This document shows positions 41,045 through 55,691 of a stretch of 64,000 nucleotides of DNA, in pieces. Positions within the stretch are counted from its first letter, which is position 1, and each line of letters begins with the position of its first letter. The notes below the pieces were generated by a model. It saw only the letters and a program-made list of their open reading frames with translations, was not told the DNA's origin and did not search any database. Both the position numbers and the translations under genes were made by a program. Source of the DNA: Octopus sinensis (Eukaryota); NCBI RefSeq assembly GCF_006345805.1, contig NC_043023.1:8866001-8930000 (forward strand). The letters run 5' to 3'.

Positions 41045-41708
41045 ATCTAATATAGGATAAAGTATTCGAAAAAATGTTATCAATGGCCAGCACATAAAAA
41101 AATGCCTTTAAAGGTTAAATTTACAAACAACTTATAAACAAGGACAGAAGAAAAATAATCCAATGCCAAAATTCCGAAATAGTCTTAATCGTCAATAACC
41201 ATATAATTTATCACTATAAGCTCGCGTCTCGAAAGCAGGCCGATAGACATTTCGAAAACAAATTTCGTTATTATCGGATCGATCCCCATTTCTGAGTTAA
41301 TTCGTTTAGAATTTTCTCGTCATCAGCGATAAATACGATAAGAGAATTCTCTAAGAGAATTTTCAGTCCGTTCGCACGTGTCTCGAGGTATGCTGCGGAA
41401 TTTCTATTTTGGATATATTTGGAGTACTTAAGTGTGCTCATGACTTAGAGTTTCCTTCTTCCATAGGTACAACTAAGTATCTCATTTATTTTCTTATCGT
41501 ATTTATCGCTGATGACGAGAAAATTCTAAATGAATTAACTCAGAAATGGGGATCGATCCGATAATAACGAAATTTTTTTAGAAATTTCTATCAGCTTGCA
41601 TTCGAGACGCGGGCTTATAGTGATAAATTATATGGTTATTGACGATTAAGTCTATTTCGGCATTTTTGGCATAGAATTCTTTTTCTTTTGCCCTTGTTTA
41701 TAAGTTGT
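41045..41708. mobile_element. Duplicate of the 36195-36860 foldback
   Basis: Same arms, spacer and upstream flank (34980-36860 matches 39850-41708). Confidence 0.65.
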
Positions 41709-41804
41709 ATATATATATATACATATATATATATATACACACTAGCTGAAGGTGACCCGCTCTCCGCGCGAGTAAGTGTGCGTTTGTTACTTTCTGTTGC
41801 TTCC

Positions 41805-42131
41805 TTTCAGCACGTAAAAAGCATCATCCGAACGTGGCCGATTGCATCGCCGCCTTGAGTGGCTTCTCTGCCGTTGGCACTTAAAAAGCACAAACCGATC
41901 CTAGCCGCTTCCAGCCCCCCCCCCGGCACCTGTGCCGGGGGCACTAAAAAAGCACCCACTACGCTCACAGAGTGGTTGGCGTTAGGAAGGGCATCCACCT
42001 GTAGAAACACTGCCAGATCAGATTGGAGCCTGGTGCAGCCTCCTGGCTTCCCAGACCCCGGTCAAACTGTCCAACCCGTGCTAGCACGGAAAACGGACGT
42101 TAAACAATGATGATGATGATGATGATGATGA
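41805..42131 (+). mobile_element. SINE 3' portion with (GAT)n tail
   Basis: Internal repeats ggcac(g/t)taaaaagca; gagtggttggcgttaggaagggcatcca...gacgttaaac followed by (gat)n. Confidence 0.7.
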
Positions 42132-42974
42132 TTCTCCCTCTTTGTTTCTCTCTCCTTTCTCTCTCACTTTCCCACTCTCTTACTCTTCCTTTCTCTCGGT
42201 CTCTCCCTCGCTTTCTCTTACTCTCTATCTTTATCTATCTCTCTCCCATTTATAAACAACAAAAGATATTGAGTAAGTTGAGAAATCAAATATTTAGAAA
42301 GATCAATCATAAATATCAGGCAGTAACAACGGAAAGGTCTGCTTCAAGGCAGGCAGCAAAACACTAACATTTAAAAGGGACAGATGAACTTGCGAGCTGA
42401 ATAAAAATAATAAAATATTGGAAACCAAAGTTTGAAGGGATAGAATCTGAGGATAGTAGAGTCACCATGGCTAACATTTCTTAACGACGGACAGCAACGT
42501 ATTGACAGTTTAACGGCTGGCGTAAAATTTTGAACTTGATGTAAAAGAAAATTGGTAAACACCAATTTTTTAAGTGATTCTTTCTCATGACAGTAGACTC
42601 ACCATGGCAAGCATGCAAAACTTCTTTATCATGGACGGCAACACATTGACGATTAAAAGGCTGGCGCAAATTTTTTAGCTTGATGTAACAGAGAATTGCT
42701 AAACACACGCTCCTTTCAATTTTAATCCCCCTCCCAGCCCCATTTAGACACCTTTTCACATTTTGGTTAATATAACCCGATTTCATTCTGGTCTACTGGG
42801 GCCACATTTTATAAGATGAGAAATTTTGTCCTAGATGTCACGCCTTTCATTTGAGGAAAAAAAATAGTTGTCATGCAAACTTGCCAGCACTTTTAACATA
42901 GGTGTGCATATTTTAAGCTCAACCGACCACATAATGCACACATTATATATATATATATATATATGTATATGTAT

Positions 42975-43043
<69 letters not shown>

Positions 43044-43875
43044 GGAGTTTCATACGTGAGCGTTGACGCTCAAATTCGACTGGTAAGCAGGTAACCTTGT
43101 CTTTGTTGAAATAGTTGTGAGCTGCTGTAGACACCTGCCATTGCACTCACTGCTATTTATGGTAAATAATTTTAAACAGCGTAAGGCTGATCTTCAAGCC
43201 ATGGCGACATCTAACGGTAATAGGAATTTCCATATCCTCCGAGGAAACGAACTGTTGACCCAGACAATTAGAATTAATTCTAATAAAAGCATCAATTTAA
43301 GAAGAAATAATAAAGTAGTAAAAAATGAAAATTTAGCACGAAATATTTGCAGGGTTCTAAATAAATGTTAAAATGTAATGGATACGAAAAACCTATGTTA
43401 TCACCAGAACACGAACGCACGTTGGTGTGTTCTGTTTGTATTTGCTCAATCGGCGCGTCGACAGGCAGACAATAGAATGCGATGGCGAGATTCATAATAT
43501 TTGTTGTCATGTGTTGGTAGTGGGGATGATAATTCTCTCTATGAATGCAGACAGATACATAAGTGAAAGTTATGGGAAGGGAGGAAATAGAGTGAGTGAA
43601 AAGTGCTGGGAAGAGAGGAAATTGCGAGAGTGAGTTGAGTAAGACAGATACATTAAAGAACGTGAGAGGACTTGTCAAAGTGGGTTTTTGGCCCAATCAC
43701 CGACACAAGATAGGGATTTGTAAGGTAGCCCACGGGCATCGTCACCTAATTTTACATGTCCCTCTAAATTTTGGAGTCAACCAGACGGGATGTAGTGGCC
43801 TTGAAAGCGATCCAAGCGATGGAAACGCATTTCAGTTTTATATATAGATTTATATAGAGAGATTTTATATATAGA

Positions 43876-43910
<35 letters not shown>

Positions 43911-43924
43911 GTGTGTGTGTGGAT

Positions 43925-44019
<95 letters not shown>

Positions 44020-47000
44020 TTTCATGCTTGTGTGTCCATTTTTCTTGCTGACCTTAAGTCATTTTATCGCTACCTCTTTATTTATTTATAAATAAATTTT
44101 GATATTTTCCCCTCCGTTGAAATGCAAAACTCTTTATAACACGGAATTCCAACTATAAATTTTGTTGCATTTAAACCGTTCTTTAAATGCACTTCGTTTA
44201 AACTAATGATAGAGTATTATGATTCCGTTAGTCTTAATATTAACATTGATATTCATGAAATCTACGTCCCATGGAAATTTAAATTGAACTTGATTAAAAT
44301 TTTGAATGTTGCAGCATAAATTCCAATTTCTGTTTGTTTAACCGTGAAAAGAGCTATAAAGAATCAATTAGAATTAGGAAGGTAATAACTTTGCCATATG
44401 AACTATATATGAAATATATGTGAATTTATATATAAGTAAATGAAGTGGTAGGGGAAAAGATTTAAGCTCAGGAACACAGATACACACACACACAAATATG
44501 AATTATATACATATAAATTTATATATATTTCTACACAGAAACACACTCTAGAGGGAATAAAGGGGCTACCCAATACACTGCAAGTGGCGCTGCCACCGAC
44601 GAGATTGAATCTTGTCCGCTTCTCCAGTGGTAAACACGAAGATTGTTTTCATTTTTGCATGCTTTAATGACAACGTCCGACATATTGGCGAATGAGCGTA
44701 GGTGCAACGTGGCAACGGAAAACAATTTGGTGTTGATGAATCAGGTGAGATGCGTTCTCTTCGATTCTAAGCAGATATTTGCGGTCTTTAGGAAACATTA
44801 CGTGCATCATTTTGTGGAGGTTAGTGGTCCATTGACTATGAAGCTCTTAACCGTCTACGTAGACGGCTGGCGGCAACACTCGAATGAAACTACGCAGTTC
44901 TACGAATGGTGGAAAATTGTTGTGATATTCGAGATGCCGGGTTAGATGTCGCCATGGCTTGAGGATCAGCCTTACGCAGTTTAAAATTATTTGCCATAAA
45001 TAGCAGTGAGTGCAATGGCAGGTGTCTACAACAAAGGGAAGAAGAACGAGATGATTCTTAGCCCTGATAAAAGGTGGGGGTCACGGCAATGTTTTGAGAA
45101 AGAACTCGAAAAAAATGTATTTGATAATAATTTGAGACCCGTAATTAGGTTAAATGCCGAAGATTCCATATCAAAATCATCTAAGCACAACAGGTTCCTA
45201 CTTGCACAGTACATCACAGACAGAATGAGTAACAAATGCGTTTCCAATGAAATCCTAATTTTGTGTTAGTCAAATGCCAACTGTTGGCGCCTGCACTGAA
45301 GGAAGCCGGATTCGGTCCTGTTTCCAGAGGCTGGATCGCAGCAACGTACAACACATTTTGCTTGTTGGAACCATTCAAATGAACTGGAACTAAGAAGACC
45401 TGGCGAACAGGCTATAAGCAGAGAGGTAGTGTGGTGGAGAATACAGAACGGTTGAAGAGAGACAGATAATACGATCGAACTCTCATCGAAGCCTTAAAAT
45501 TTCATTTAAAATGTCGTTGAGGGTGGAGTGAGAGAGAGATCTACACCACCCAAGTAAATGTAGTGAAAAGTGGGGGAATACTAAACTGCACCTGTAAGCT
45601 GAGTCATACCGAGGAAGATGGAGTACTTGTAGTCGTAGTCTTGACCTAACTTTCTTTACAACATCTGCCATAATGGCATGGACGATCCTAAAATTACTTG
45701 AGTAGTTTATGACAGGGAGTTACATGAGTTTCAACTTCGTCAGTCAACAAAGTTGGCCTTAGAAGCAGGTATTCCTCAGTCAGTAGCGGTCACTTACTAT
45801 CCATCATCTAGAAGACAGTGAAAAACCTGGGGAAGGTATTTAAATTTAACCGGAGTGACACGTAATCTAATTGTGAAAGCAACAAGGATTCTGAAAGGCG
45901 ACTATCACAGTGGCCATGTGATGTCTCCCAGTAATTTTAAGACCTGGAGTTAAAAATAGAGCATCCGCCATGGATCATTTGGCAGTTCTCCGTACATGAC
46001 ATTTCAATATCCTCATTGAAGTGAAGGAAGCGATTTCCTGTGAAAAAGGCTGAGCAGCGTAGTCCTGGGTGGAAAATACAATTTAAAGCACTTCATAAGC
46101 AGCCTCAGAGAAATCTTGGTTCTCTGTGATTAGATGTTGCGTTAGCGAGGTTTTAGGTACGAGGGCAATACATCACGGAATTGGAGGGCGGTGGAGAATT
46201 TCTTGTCTTTACAGGTATGTGATGAAAAACCTGATTTGGGTAGCACCACAACACCTCACTGTGACAAGTGGCAAGAAAGGTTTAGGAAATTACTGAAAAA
46301 GAAAGGTGTGGATGTCATACTACTTTCATACTAATAGAGAGTCTATGCTTTTCTTTTGTTTGTCATCTAACCTTATGGTTACTCTTATTTTACGAGAGTG
46401 ACAGAGGCTTCTGTGCACTCTTACATCCTCACGTGGGACGTATAGTTTATTTATATCTGCCTCTGGGAGATGCATGTAGTGTATTGTGACAGAATTGCTT
46501 TGTTTTGATTCGGTGATACACATCTCATTCGTGGATCATTTTATGGTATCAAAGCTTCAGCCTAGAGGACCTATATATAAGGTATTCATTGCATCAGTCT
46601 TTTCTTCAAATGGAAGTAGGTTTTTGTGGTGGTGGCTCATAAGAATGCGGTGTGACGCGAGAAATCATATCAGCACATTCAATAATAGAAGAGACTAGCC
46701 ATAACAGTTTTAATATATCGACGGAATTAAATGCAGGAAGATAAGGAAAAAAATGCGGTGTTTGGGAATTTCATGAAGGAGATGACGATAATGATGTTCA
46801 AAGAATATGAGTCTGTTTTAAAACTTAAAATTAAATACGCAGTATATTACGTAAGGTATGGGCGGTTCCCATTAGCGCTATCTTTTGAGTTGCTGCCATT
46901 TTGGGGTTTCCTAGTATCTGAGATAGGTATGATTCAGGCCTTTTACTATAATTCCTCGGGCAACTATGACCACAGATTGTATCATGTGGCACGTCTATGT

Positions 47001-48343
47001 TTTTTCAAATTAACCAGTGAATATGATATGCTGCTCAATCATGCCTGTTGAGATATTCTCTATGCACAAGAAGACTGCACATGGAGACAACATGATCAAT
47101 GGTTTCATTTTGTTGTTTACATACAAGACATGCTGGTTGACTGCCGTTCTTTAATATAGTAGTTTCTTGTAGGTATGCCTTGATCTTGAGCTGCTATATT
47201 AAATCTGTCTGTGTCTGAGTCTAAGCCAGAAAACACTAACCATTGATGGGTAATGGCTTTATCCACATCGGTACTATTAGCTCTCTTTGGGTATTTGCCA
47301 TTGAGATGTTTTCTTTGACATTTATCTGTAAGAATATCTAAGTCAGATTCTTTGTATGTACTTTCATTCGTTTAGCTTTTTCTGAGCTTGCTTCTAGTAG
47401 GTCTAATTCTGGGATTTGTTGTATTTGGAATTCACTTAGATATTCCTTTGCATGTTTTGTTACTTTGTATGACACTTTCTTACTTTCGTGCTTTGAGACT
47501 AGTTTTAACATCCAGTCATGAGAGTTGTTTTGGTAGGTGTTTCGGTCAATTGTGTCACTCTGCATTGTTAATTCCAGTTGTAAATGTTACGGCCACCCTC
47601 TTTTCTTGGCAGGTAAAATCGTTCTACATCTTCTTTAGGGTGGTGCATTCTATGCATTGTCAACTATTTTCATATTTTTCTGTCAAGATTACATATTTCG
47701 ATAATTGACCAGTTAATGATATTGAAACTGTAAGTCACGCCTGGTATAGCAAAAGTACTGATCACTTCGATCCTGTTTCTTGCATTCAGCTCTGTCTTGA
47801 ATATTGCTTTTAACCTTCGATAATATTCTATTCTGATCCTTTCCCTCATCACTGAATATTTGATCATGTCCATTCAAATACCGATAAGTACATATATCTC
47901 TCCGCTGGTTCTAATTCCTTTATGACATTCTGCGGGATGTTTCTGTCGTTTTTCCTTTGATAAATGTAGCTTTTGCTCATTTATCGAGGTAAAATTGCAA
48001 CGTGATATCATCAAAGAATTGTTTAGTATCTCCCGCCCAAGACGAAACATTAAAGGACTATATATTTATCCACACATTTCAGGAATAAATATACATATGA
48101 CTATACACGCACTTTTCACAATATACCAAACAATGATGTAGAACACAAAGACTTATGAAAACGCACACCGTCACACACAAACACACTCAACTTACACACA
48201 CTCACATACATATATATATAGAGAGAGAGACAATGTGAGGTAGAGAAGGGCAAAAGAAGGTTCAGAAAGAAAGATGGAAAGATATTAAATTTGAGGAAAT
48301 ATATACTCAGGAAGAAAGTATGAAAAAGACTAGTTCAACTTAC

Positions 48344-48415
48344 ACTTCAAATAAGTATGGAAGATTTGCAAACGATCCATTTTCAATTTTCACGATTGCA
48401 TTATTGGATAGATCT
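48344..48415 (-). CDS. LRR exon type C (72 nt): DLSNNAIVKIENGSFANLPYLFE(V)
   Basis: tttcag|A GAT CTA TCC AAT AAT GCA ATC ... TTT GAA GT|gtaagt. Confidence 0.92.
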
Positions 48416-50519
48416 CTGAAAGGTAATTCATGAAGAAAAAACATAGAAGTGATTAGTCATATATTTCAAATATTATGTCCAATGAATTAGCTGCTGAGAT
48501 AGAAGAAAAATTAGTAGAAGTGAGACATTTTGGTGAAGACGATTATGAAAATGATAAGTGAAGATTATGAAGATACTAATGAAGATGTATGGCATTGTGT
48601 TGAGTGATGATGAAAGCGATAATTATTATGATGAGGGAATTAATGATAACGGATTTGGTAGTGATGAAGTTGTTTCGGTCTGCTGGCATTGCATCTGTGG
48701 TTCCAGATTATGACATGGATGATGATGATGGTGATGATAACGATGATGATGATAACGATGATGGTGTCGACCACCACGCGGACGCAGACGATGATTATGA
48801 TGACAATATTTACTGATGGTGCTCTAAATATTTGGAATGATGATGATGAGGAGGATGACGCTGATATGCAAAGTTGAAACTATAACAAAATAGAAGGATG
48901 AGAATAGGAATAAAATTAACGACGAGCAGTAATTGATAAATGAGATAAAAAGGGTAAAGAAGATTAAACTAGAACTGGAGACAGGTATCTATCTATCTAT
49001 CCATCAATCTATCTATCTATCTATCTATCCATCTATGAATCTATCTATATATCTATCCATGAATCTATCTATCTATCTATCTACCTACATATCTATCTAT
49101 CTATCACTTTATCAATATATCTATCAATCGCCAGATAGATAGGTAAACACATACACACATATACCAATATATATATATGTATATATTTTTATGTTTGTAT
49201 ATATATATATACGTGTGTATGTGTATGTAACACGTTTATACATGTACTTTTTTCAGTAATTAGACAATGGCCATGCTAGGGCCTTTATTCGAAGCAATCG
49301 AGCCCAGCATTTATTTGTTGAAAGACTTGCACTTATTCTCTCGGTGTCTTTTGCCGGACCACTAAGTTACAGGGTGTGAAACATCAACATTGGTTATTAG
49401 GTGATCTTGAGGGAACACAAATATATACATAAATCTGTCTATATTCGTGTGTCTGTGCTTGTACTAGCACTAACCACTTTCCAACCCCCAGACAACAAAA
49501 CATCATCTACACACCCATACACAATCGTCCACACACCCACACACTACAGACGCACACAGCTACGCACGCATACATCCACACATCATATTCATTAGCCCCT
49601 CTCAACACACACACACACAATTGCACATTCTTACATACACAACCGCACGCACACCATTGTTTTGGGATCTCCAGTTGTTTATTATCTCCCCGACTCTCTA
49701 TCTCTCCCATCTCTCTCACTTTCCCACTCTCTTACTCTTCCTTTCTCTCGGTCTCTCCCTCGCTTTCTCTTACTCTCTATCTTTATCTCTCTCTCTCCCA
49801 TTTATAAACAACAAAAGATCTTGAGTAAGTTGAGAAATCAAATATTTAGAAAGATCAATCATAAATATCAGGCAGTAACAACGGAAAGTTCTGCTTCAAT
49901 GCAGACAGCAAAACACTAACATTTAAAAGGGACAGACGAACTTGCGAGCTGAATAAAAATAAAAAAATATTGGAAACCCAAGTTTGAAGGGATAGAATCT
50001 GAGGATAGTAGAGTCACCATGGCTGGCATTTCATAACGATGGACAGCAACGCATTGACAGTTTAACGGCGGGCGTAAAATTTTGAACTTGATGTAAAAGA
50101 AAATTGGTAAACACCAATTTTTTAAGTGATTCTTTCTCATGACAGTAGACTCACCATGGCAAGCATACAAAACTTCTTTATCATGGACGGCAACACATTG
50201 ACGATTAAAAGGCTGGCGCAAATTTTTTAGCTTGATGTAACAGAGAATTGCTAAACACCCGCTCCTTTAAATTTTAATCCTCTTCCAGCCCCATTTAGAC
50301 CCCTTTTCACATTTTGGTTAATATAACCCGATTTCATTTGGGTCTTCTGGGGCCACATTTTATAAGATGAGAAATTTTGTCCTAGATGTCACGCCTTTCA
50401 TTTGAGGAAAAAAAATAGTTGTCATGCAAACTTGCCAGCACTTTTAACATAGGTGTGCATATTTTCAGCTCAACCGACCACATAATGCACACATTATATA
50501 TATATATATGTATATTTGT

Positions 50520-50584
<65 letters not shown>

Positions 50585-51360
50585 TGTGTGTGTTGGAGTC
50601 TGATACGTGAGCGTTGACGCTGAATTCGACTGGTAAGCAGGTAATCTTGTCTTTGTTGAAATAGTTGTGAGCTGCTGGAGTTATTTCTCTGACGGGTAAT
50701 AGGAATTTCCATATCCTCCGAGGAAACGAACTGTTGACCCAGACAATTAGAATTAATTTTAATAAAAGCATCAATTTAAGAAGAAATAATAAAGTAGTAA
50801 AAAATGAAAATTTAGCACGAAATATTTGCAGGGTTCTAAATAAATGTTAAAATGTAATGGATACGAAAAACCTATGTTATCACCAGAACACGAACGCACG
50901 TTGGTGTGCTCTGTTTGTATTTGCTCAATCGGCGCGTCGACAGGCAGACAATAGAATGCGATGGCGAGATTCATAATATTTGTTGTCATGTGTTGGTTGT
51001 GGCGATGATAATTCTCTCTATGAATGCAGACAGATACATAAGTGAAAGTTATGGGAAGGGAGGAAATAGAGTGAGTGATAAAGTGCTGGGAAGAGAGGAA
51101 ATAGCGAGAGTGAGTTGAGTAAGACAGATACATTAAAGAACGTGAGAGGACTTGTCAAAGTATGTTTTTGTCCCTATCAGCGACACCTTTTAAGATAGGG
51201 ATTTCTAAGGTAGCCCACGGGTATCGTCACCTCATTTTACATGTCCCTGTAAATTTTGGAGTCAATCAGACGGGATGTAGTGGCCTTGAAAGCGATCCAA
51301 ACGGTGGAAACGCATTTCAGTTTTATATATAGATTTATATAGAGAGATTTTATATATAGA

Positions 51361-51415
<55 letters not shown>

Positions 51416-51427
51416 ATGTGTGTGTGT

Positions 51428-51502
<75 letters not shown>

Positions 51503-54500
51503 TTTCATGCTTGTGTGTCCATTTTTCTTGATGACCTTAATTCATTTTATCGCTACCTCTTTATTTATTTATAAATAAATTTAGATATTTTCCCCTCCGT
51601 TGAAATGCAAAACTCTACGTAACACGGAATTCCAACAATAAATTTTGTTGCATTTAAACCGTTCTTTAAATGCACTTGGTTTAAACTAATGATTGAGTAT
51701 TATGATTTCGTTAGTTTTAATATTAACATTGATATTCATGAAATCTACGTCCCATGGAAATATAAATTGAACTTGATGAAAATTTTGAATGTTGCAGCAT
51801 AAATTCCAATTTCTGTTTGTTTAACCGTTAAAAGAGCTATAAAGAATCAATTAGAATTAGGAAGGTAATAACTTCTCCATGTGAACTATATATGAAATAT
51901 ATGTGAACTTATATATAAGTAAATGAAGTGGTAGGGGAAAAGATTTAAGCTCAGGAACACAGATACACACACACACAAATATGAATTATATACATATAAA
52001 TTTATATATATTTCTACACAGAAACACACTCTAGAGAGAATAAAGGGTCTACCAAATACACTGCAAGTGGCGCTGCCACCGACGAGATTGAATTTTGTCC
52101 GCTTCTCCAACGGTAAACACGAGGATTGTTTTCATTTTTGCATGCTTTAATGACAATGTCTGACATATGGGCGAATGAGCGTAGGTGCAACGTGGCAACG
52201 GAAAACAATTTGGTGTTGATGAATCAGGTGAGATGCGTTCTCTTCGATTCTAAGCAGATATTTGCGGCCTTTAGGGAACACTACGTGCATCAGTTTGTGG
52301 AGATTAGTGGTCCATTGACTATGAAGCTCTTAACCGTCTACGTGGACGGCTTGCGGCAACACTCGAATGAAACCACGCCGTTCTACAAATGGTGGAAAAT
52401 TGTTGCGGTATTCGAGATGCCGGGTTAGATGTCGCCATGGCTTGAGGATCAGCCTTACGCAGTTTAAAATTATTTGCCATAAATAGCAGTGAGTGCAATG
52501 GCAGGTGTCTACAACAAAGGGAAGAAGAACGAGATGATTCTTAGCCCTGATAAAAGGTGGGGTCACGGCAATGTCGAGAAAGAACTCGGTCCTGTTTCCA
52601 GAGGCTGGATCGCAGTAAACTACAACAACTTTTGCTTGTTGGAACCATTCAATTCAACTGGAACTAAGAGGTCCTGGCGAACAGGCTATAAGCAGAGAGG
52701 TAGTGTGGTGGAGAATACAGAACGGTTGAAGAGAGAGTGATAATACGATCAAACTCTCATCGAAGCCTTAAAATTCCATTTAAAATGACGTTGAGGGTGG
52801 AGTGACAGAGAAATCCACACCACCCAAGTAAATATAGTGAAAAGTGGGGGAATACTAAACTGCACCTGTGAGCTGAGTCATACCGAGGAAGATGGAGTAC
52901 TGGTAGTCGTAGTCTTGACGTAGTCTTTCTTTACAACATCTGCCATAATGGCATGGGCGATCCTAAAATTACTTGAGTATTTTATGACTGGGAGTCACAT
53001 GAGTTTCAGCTTCGTCAGTCAATAATATTGGCCTTACAAGCAGGTATTCCTCAGTCAGTAGCGGTTACTTACTATTCGTCATCTAGAAGACAGTGAAAAA
53101 CCTGGGGAAGGTGTTCAAATTTTACCGGAGTGACACATAATCTAATTGTGAATGCAACAAGGTTTCTTAAAGGCGACTATCTACAGTGGACATGTGATGT
53201 CTCCCGGTAATTTTAAGACCTGGAGTAAAATATAGAGCATCCGCCATGGATCACTTGGCAGTTCTAGGTACATGACATTTCAATATCCTCATTGAAGAGA
53301 AGGAAGCGATTTCCTATGAAAACGGCTGAACAACGTAGTCCTGAGTGGAAAATACAATTTGAAGCACTTCATAAGCAGCCTCAGAGAAAGCTTGGTTCTC
53401 TGTGATTAGATGTTGCGTTAGCGAGGCTTTCGGTACGAGGGCAATACATCACGGAATTGGAGTGCGGTGGAGTATTTCTTGGCTTCACAGGTATGTGATG
53501 AAAAGCCTGATTTGGGTAGCGCCACAACACCTCACTGTGACAAGTGGCAAGAAAGATTTAGTAAGTTACTGAAAAAGAAAGATGTGTATGTCTTACTACT
53601 TTCATACTAATAGAGAGTCTATGCTATTTTGTTTGTCATCTAACCTTATGGTTACTCTTATTTTACGAGAGTGGCAGAAGCTTCTGCACGCTCTTTCATC
53701 CTCACGTGGGACATACAATTTATTTATATCTGCCTCTGGGAGATGCATGTAGTGTATTGTGACAGAATTGCTTTGTTTTGATTCGGTGATACACATTTCA
53801 TTCGTGGATTATTTTATGGTATCAAAGCTCCAGCCTAGACGACCTATATATAAGGTATTCATTGCATCAGTCTTTTCTTCAAATGGAAATAGGTTTTTGT
53901 GGTGGCGGCTCATAAGAATGCGGTGTGACACGAGAAATCATATCAGCACATTCAATAATAGAAGAGACTTGCCGTAACAGTTTTAATATATCGACGGAAT
54001 TAAATGCATGAAGATAAGGAAAAAAATGCGGTGTTTGGGGATTTCATGAAGGAGATGACCATAATGATGTTCAAAGAATATGAGTTTGTTTTAAAACTTA
54101 AAATTAAACACATAGTATTTTACGTAGGGTATGGGCGGTTCCCATTAGCGCTATCTTTTGAGTTGCTGCCATTTTGGGGTTTCCTAGTGTCTGAGAGAGG
54201 TATGATTCAGGCCTTTTGCTATAATTCCTCGGGCAACTTCGATCCTGTTTGTTGCATTCAGCTTTGCTTTGAATATTGCTTTTACCCTGCGATAATATTC
54301 TATTCTGATCCTTTCCCTCATCACTGAATATTTGATCATGTCCACTTCAACTACCGATAAGTACATGTATCTCTCCGCTGGTTCTAATTCCTTTATGACA
54401 TTCCGCAGGATGTTTCGGTCGTTTTCCCTTTGATAAATGTAGCTTTTGCTCATTTATCGAGGTAAAATTACAACGTGATATCATCACAGAATTGTTTAAT

Positions 54501-54806
54501 ATCTCCTGCCCAAGACGAAACATTGAAGGAATATATATTTATCCACACATTTCAGGCATAAATATACATATGACTATATACGCACTTTTCACAATATACC
54601 AAACAGTGATGTAGAACACAAAGACTTATGTTCACGCACATCGTCACACACAAACACGCTCAACTCAGATACATATATATAGAGAGAGAGAGATAATGTG
54701 AGTTAGGGAAGGGCAAATGAAGGTTAAGAAAGAAAGATGGAAAGATATTAAATTTGAGGAAATATATACTCAGGAATACAGTATGAACAAGACTGGTTCA
54801 ACTTAC

Positions 54807-54878
54807 ATCTGTTCTAATTTCGGAAGATTTGCAAACGATCCATTTTCAATTTTCTCGATTGCATTACGGGATAGATCC
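54807..54878 (-). CDS. LRR exon type C (72 nt): DLSRNAIEKIENGSFANLPKLEQ(I)
   Basis: tttcag|G GAT CTA TCC CGT AAT GCA ATC GAG ... GAA CAG AT|gtaagt. Confidence 0.92.
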
Positions 54879-55649
54879 CTGAAAGATAATTCAAGAAGAA
54901 AAAACATAGAAGTGATTAGTCATATATTTCAAATATTATATCCAATGAATTAGCTGCTGAAATAGAAGAAAAATAAGTAGAAGTGAGACATTTTGGTGAA
55001 GACGATTATGAAAATGATAACTGAAGATTATGAAGATAACAATGAAGATGTATGGCATTGTGTTAAATGATGATGAAAGCGATAATTATTATGATGAGGG
55101 CATTGATGGTGACGGACTTGGTAGTGATGAGGTTGTTTCGGTCTGCTGGCATTGCATGTGTGGTTTAAGATTATGACTGATAAGGATGGTGATGATGATG
55201 ATGGTGATGATGACGATGATCATCATGACTATGATAATGATGACCACTACAAGGACGCAGATGATGATTATGATAACAATATTTACTAATGGTGCTCTTA
55301 ATATTTGGAATGATGATGATGAGGAGGATGACGCTGATATACAAAGTTGAAACTATAACAAAAGAGAAGGATGAGAATAGGAATAGAATTAACGACGAGC
55401 AGTTATTGATAAATGAGATAAAAAGGGTAAAGAAGACTAAACTAGAACTGGAGACATGTATATATCTATATATCTATCTATCCATCTATCTATCTATCCA
55501 TCTATCTATCCATCTATCTATCTATTCATCTATCTATCTATCTACCTACCTATCTATCTATCTATCACTTTACCAATATATCTATCAATCGCCAGACAGA
55601 TTGGTAAACACATACACCCATATACAATATATATATATGTATATATTTG

Positions 55650-55691
<42 letters not shown>

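Noticed and set aside
42388-42450. Possible extra exon (rc cag...gcaagt) resembling cassette ends; copy at about 49940-50000
   Set aside because: Only about 53 nt, no LRR motif and not frame-symmetric; probably a chance match.
42455-42708. Two-copy 130-bp tandem repeat (also at about 50005-50260), considered as a CRISPR-like or regulatory array
   Set aside because: Only two diverged units with no repeat-spacer structure, in a eukaryotic context; likely a TE subrepeat.
54717-54953. Plus-strand 78-aa ORF overlapping an LRR exon
   Set aside because: Antisense shadow; splice signals and the LRR motif are on the minus strand, and paralogs have stops in this frame.
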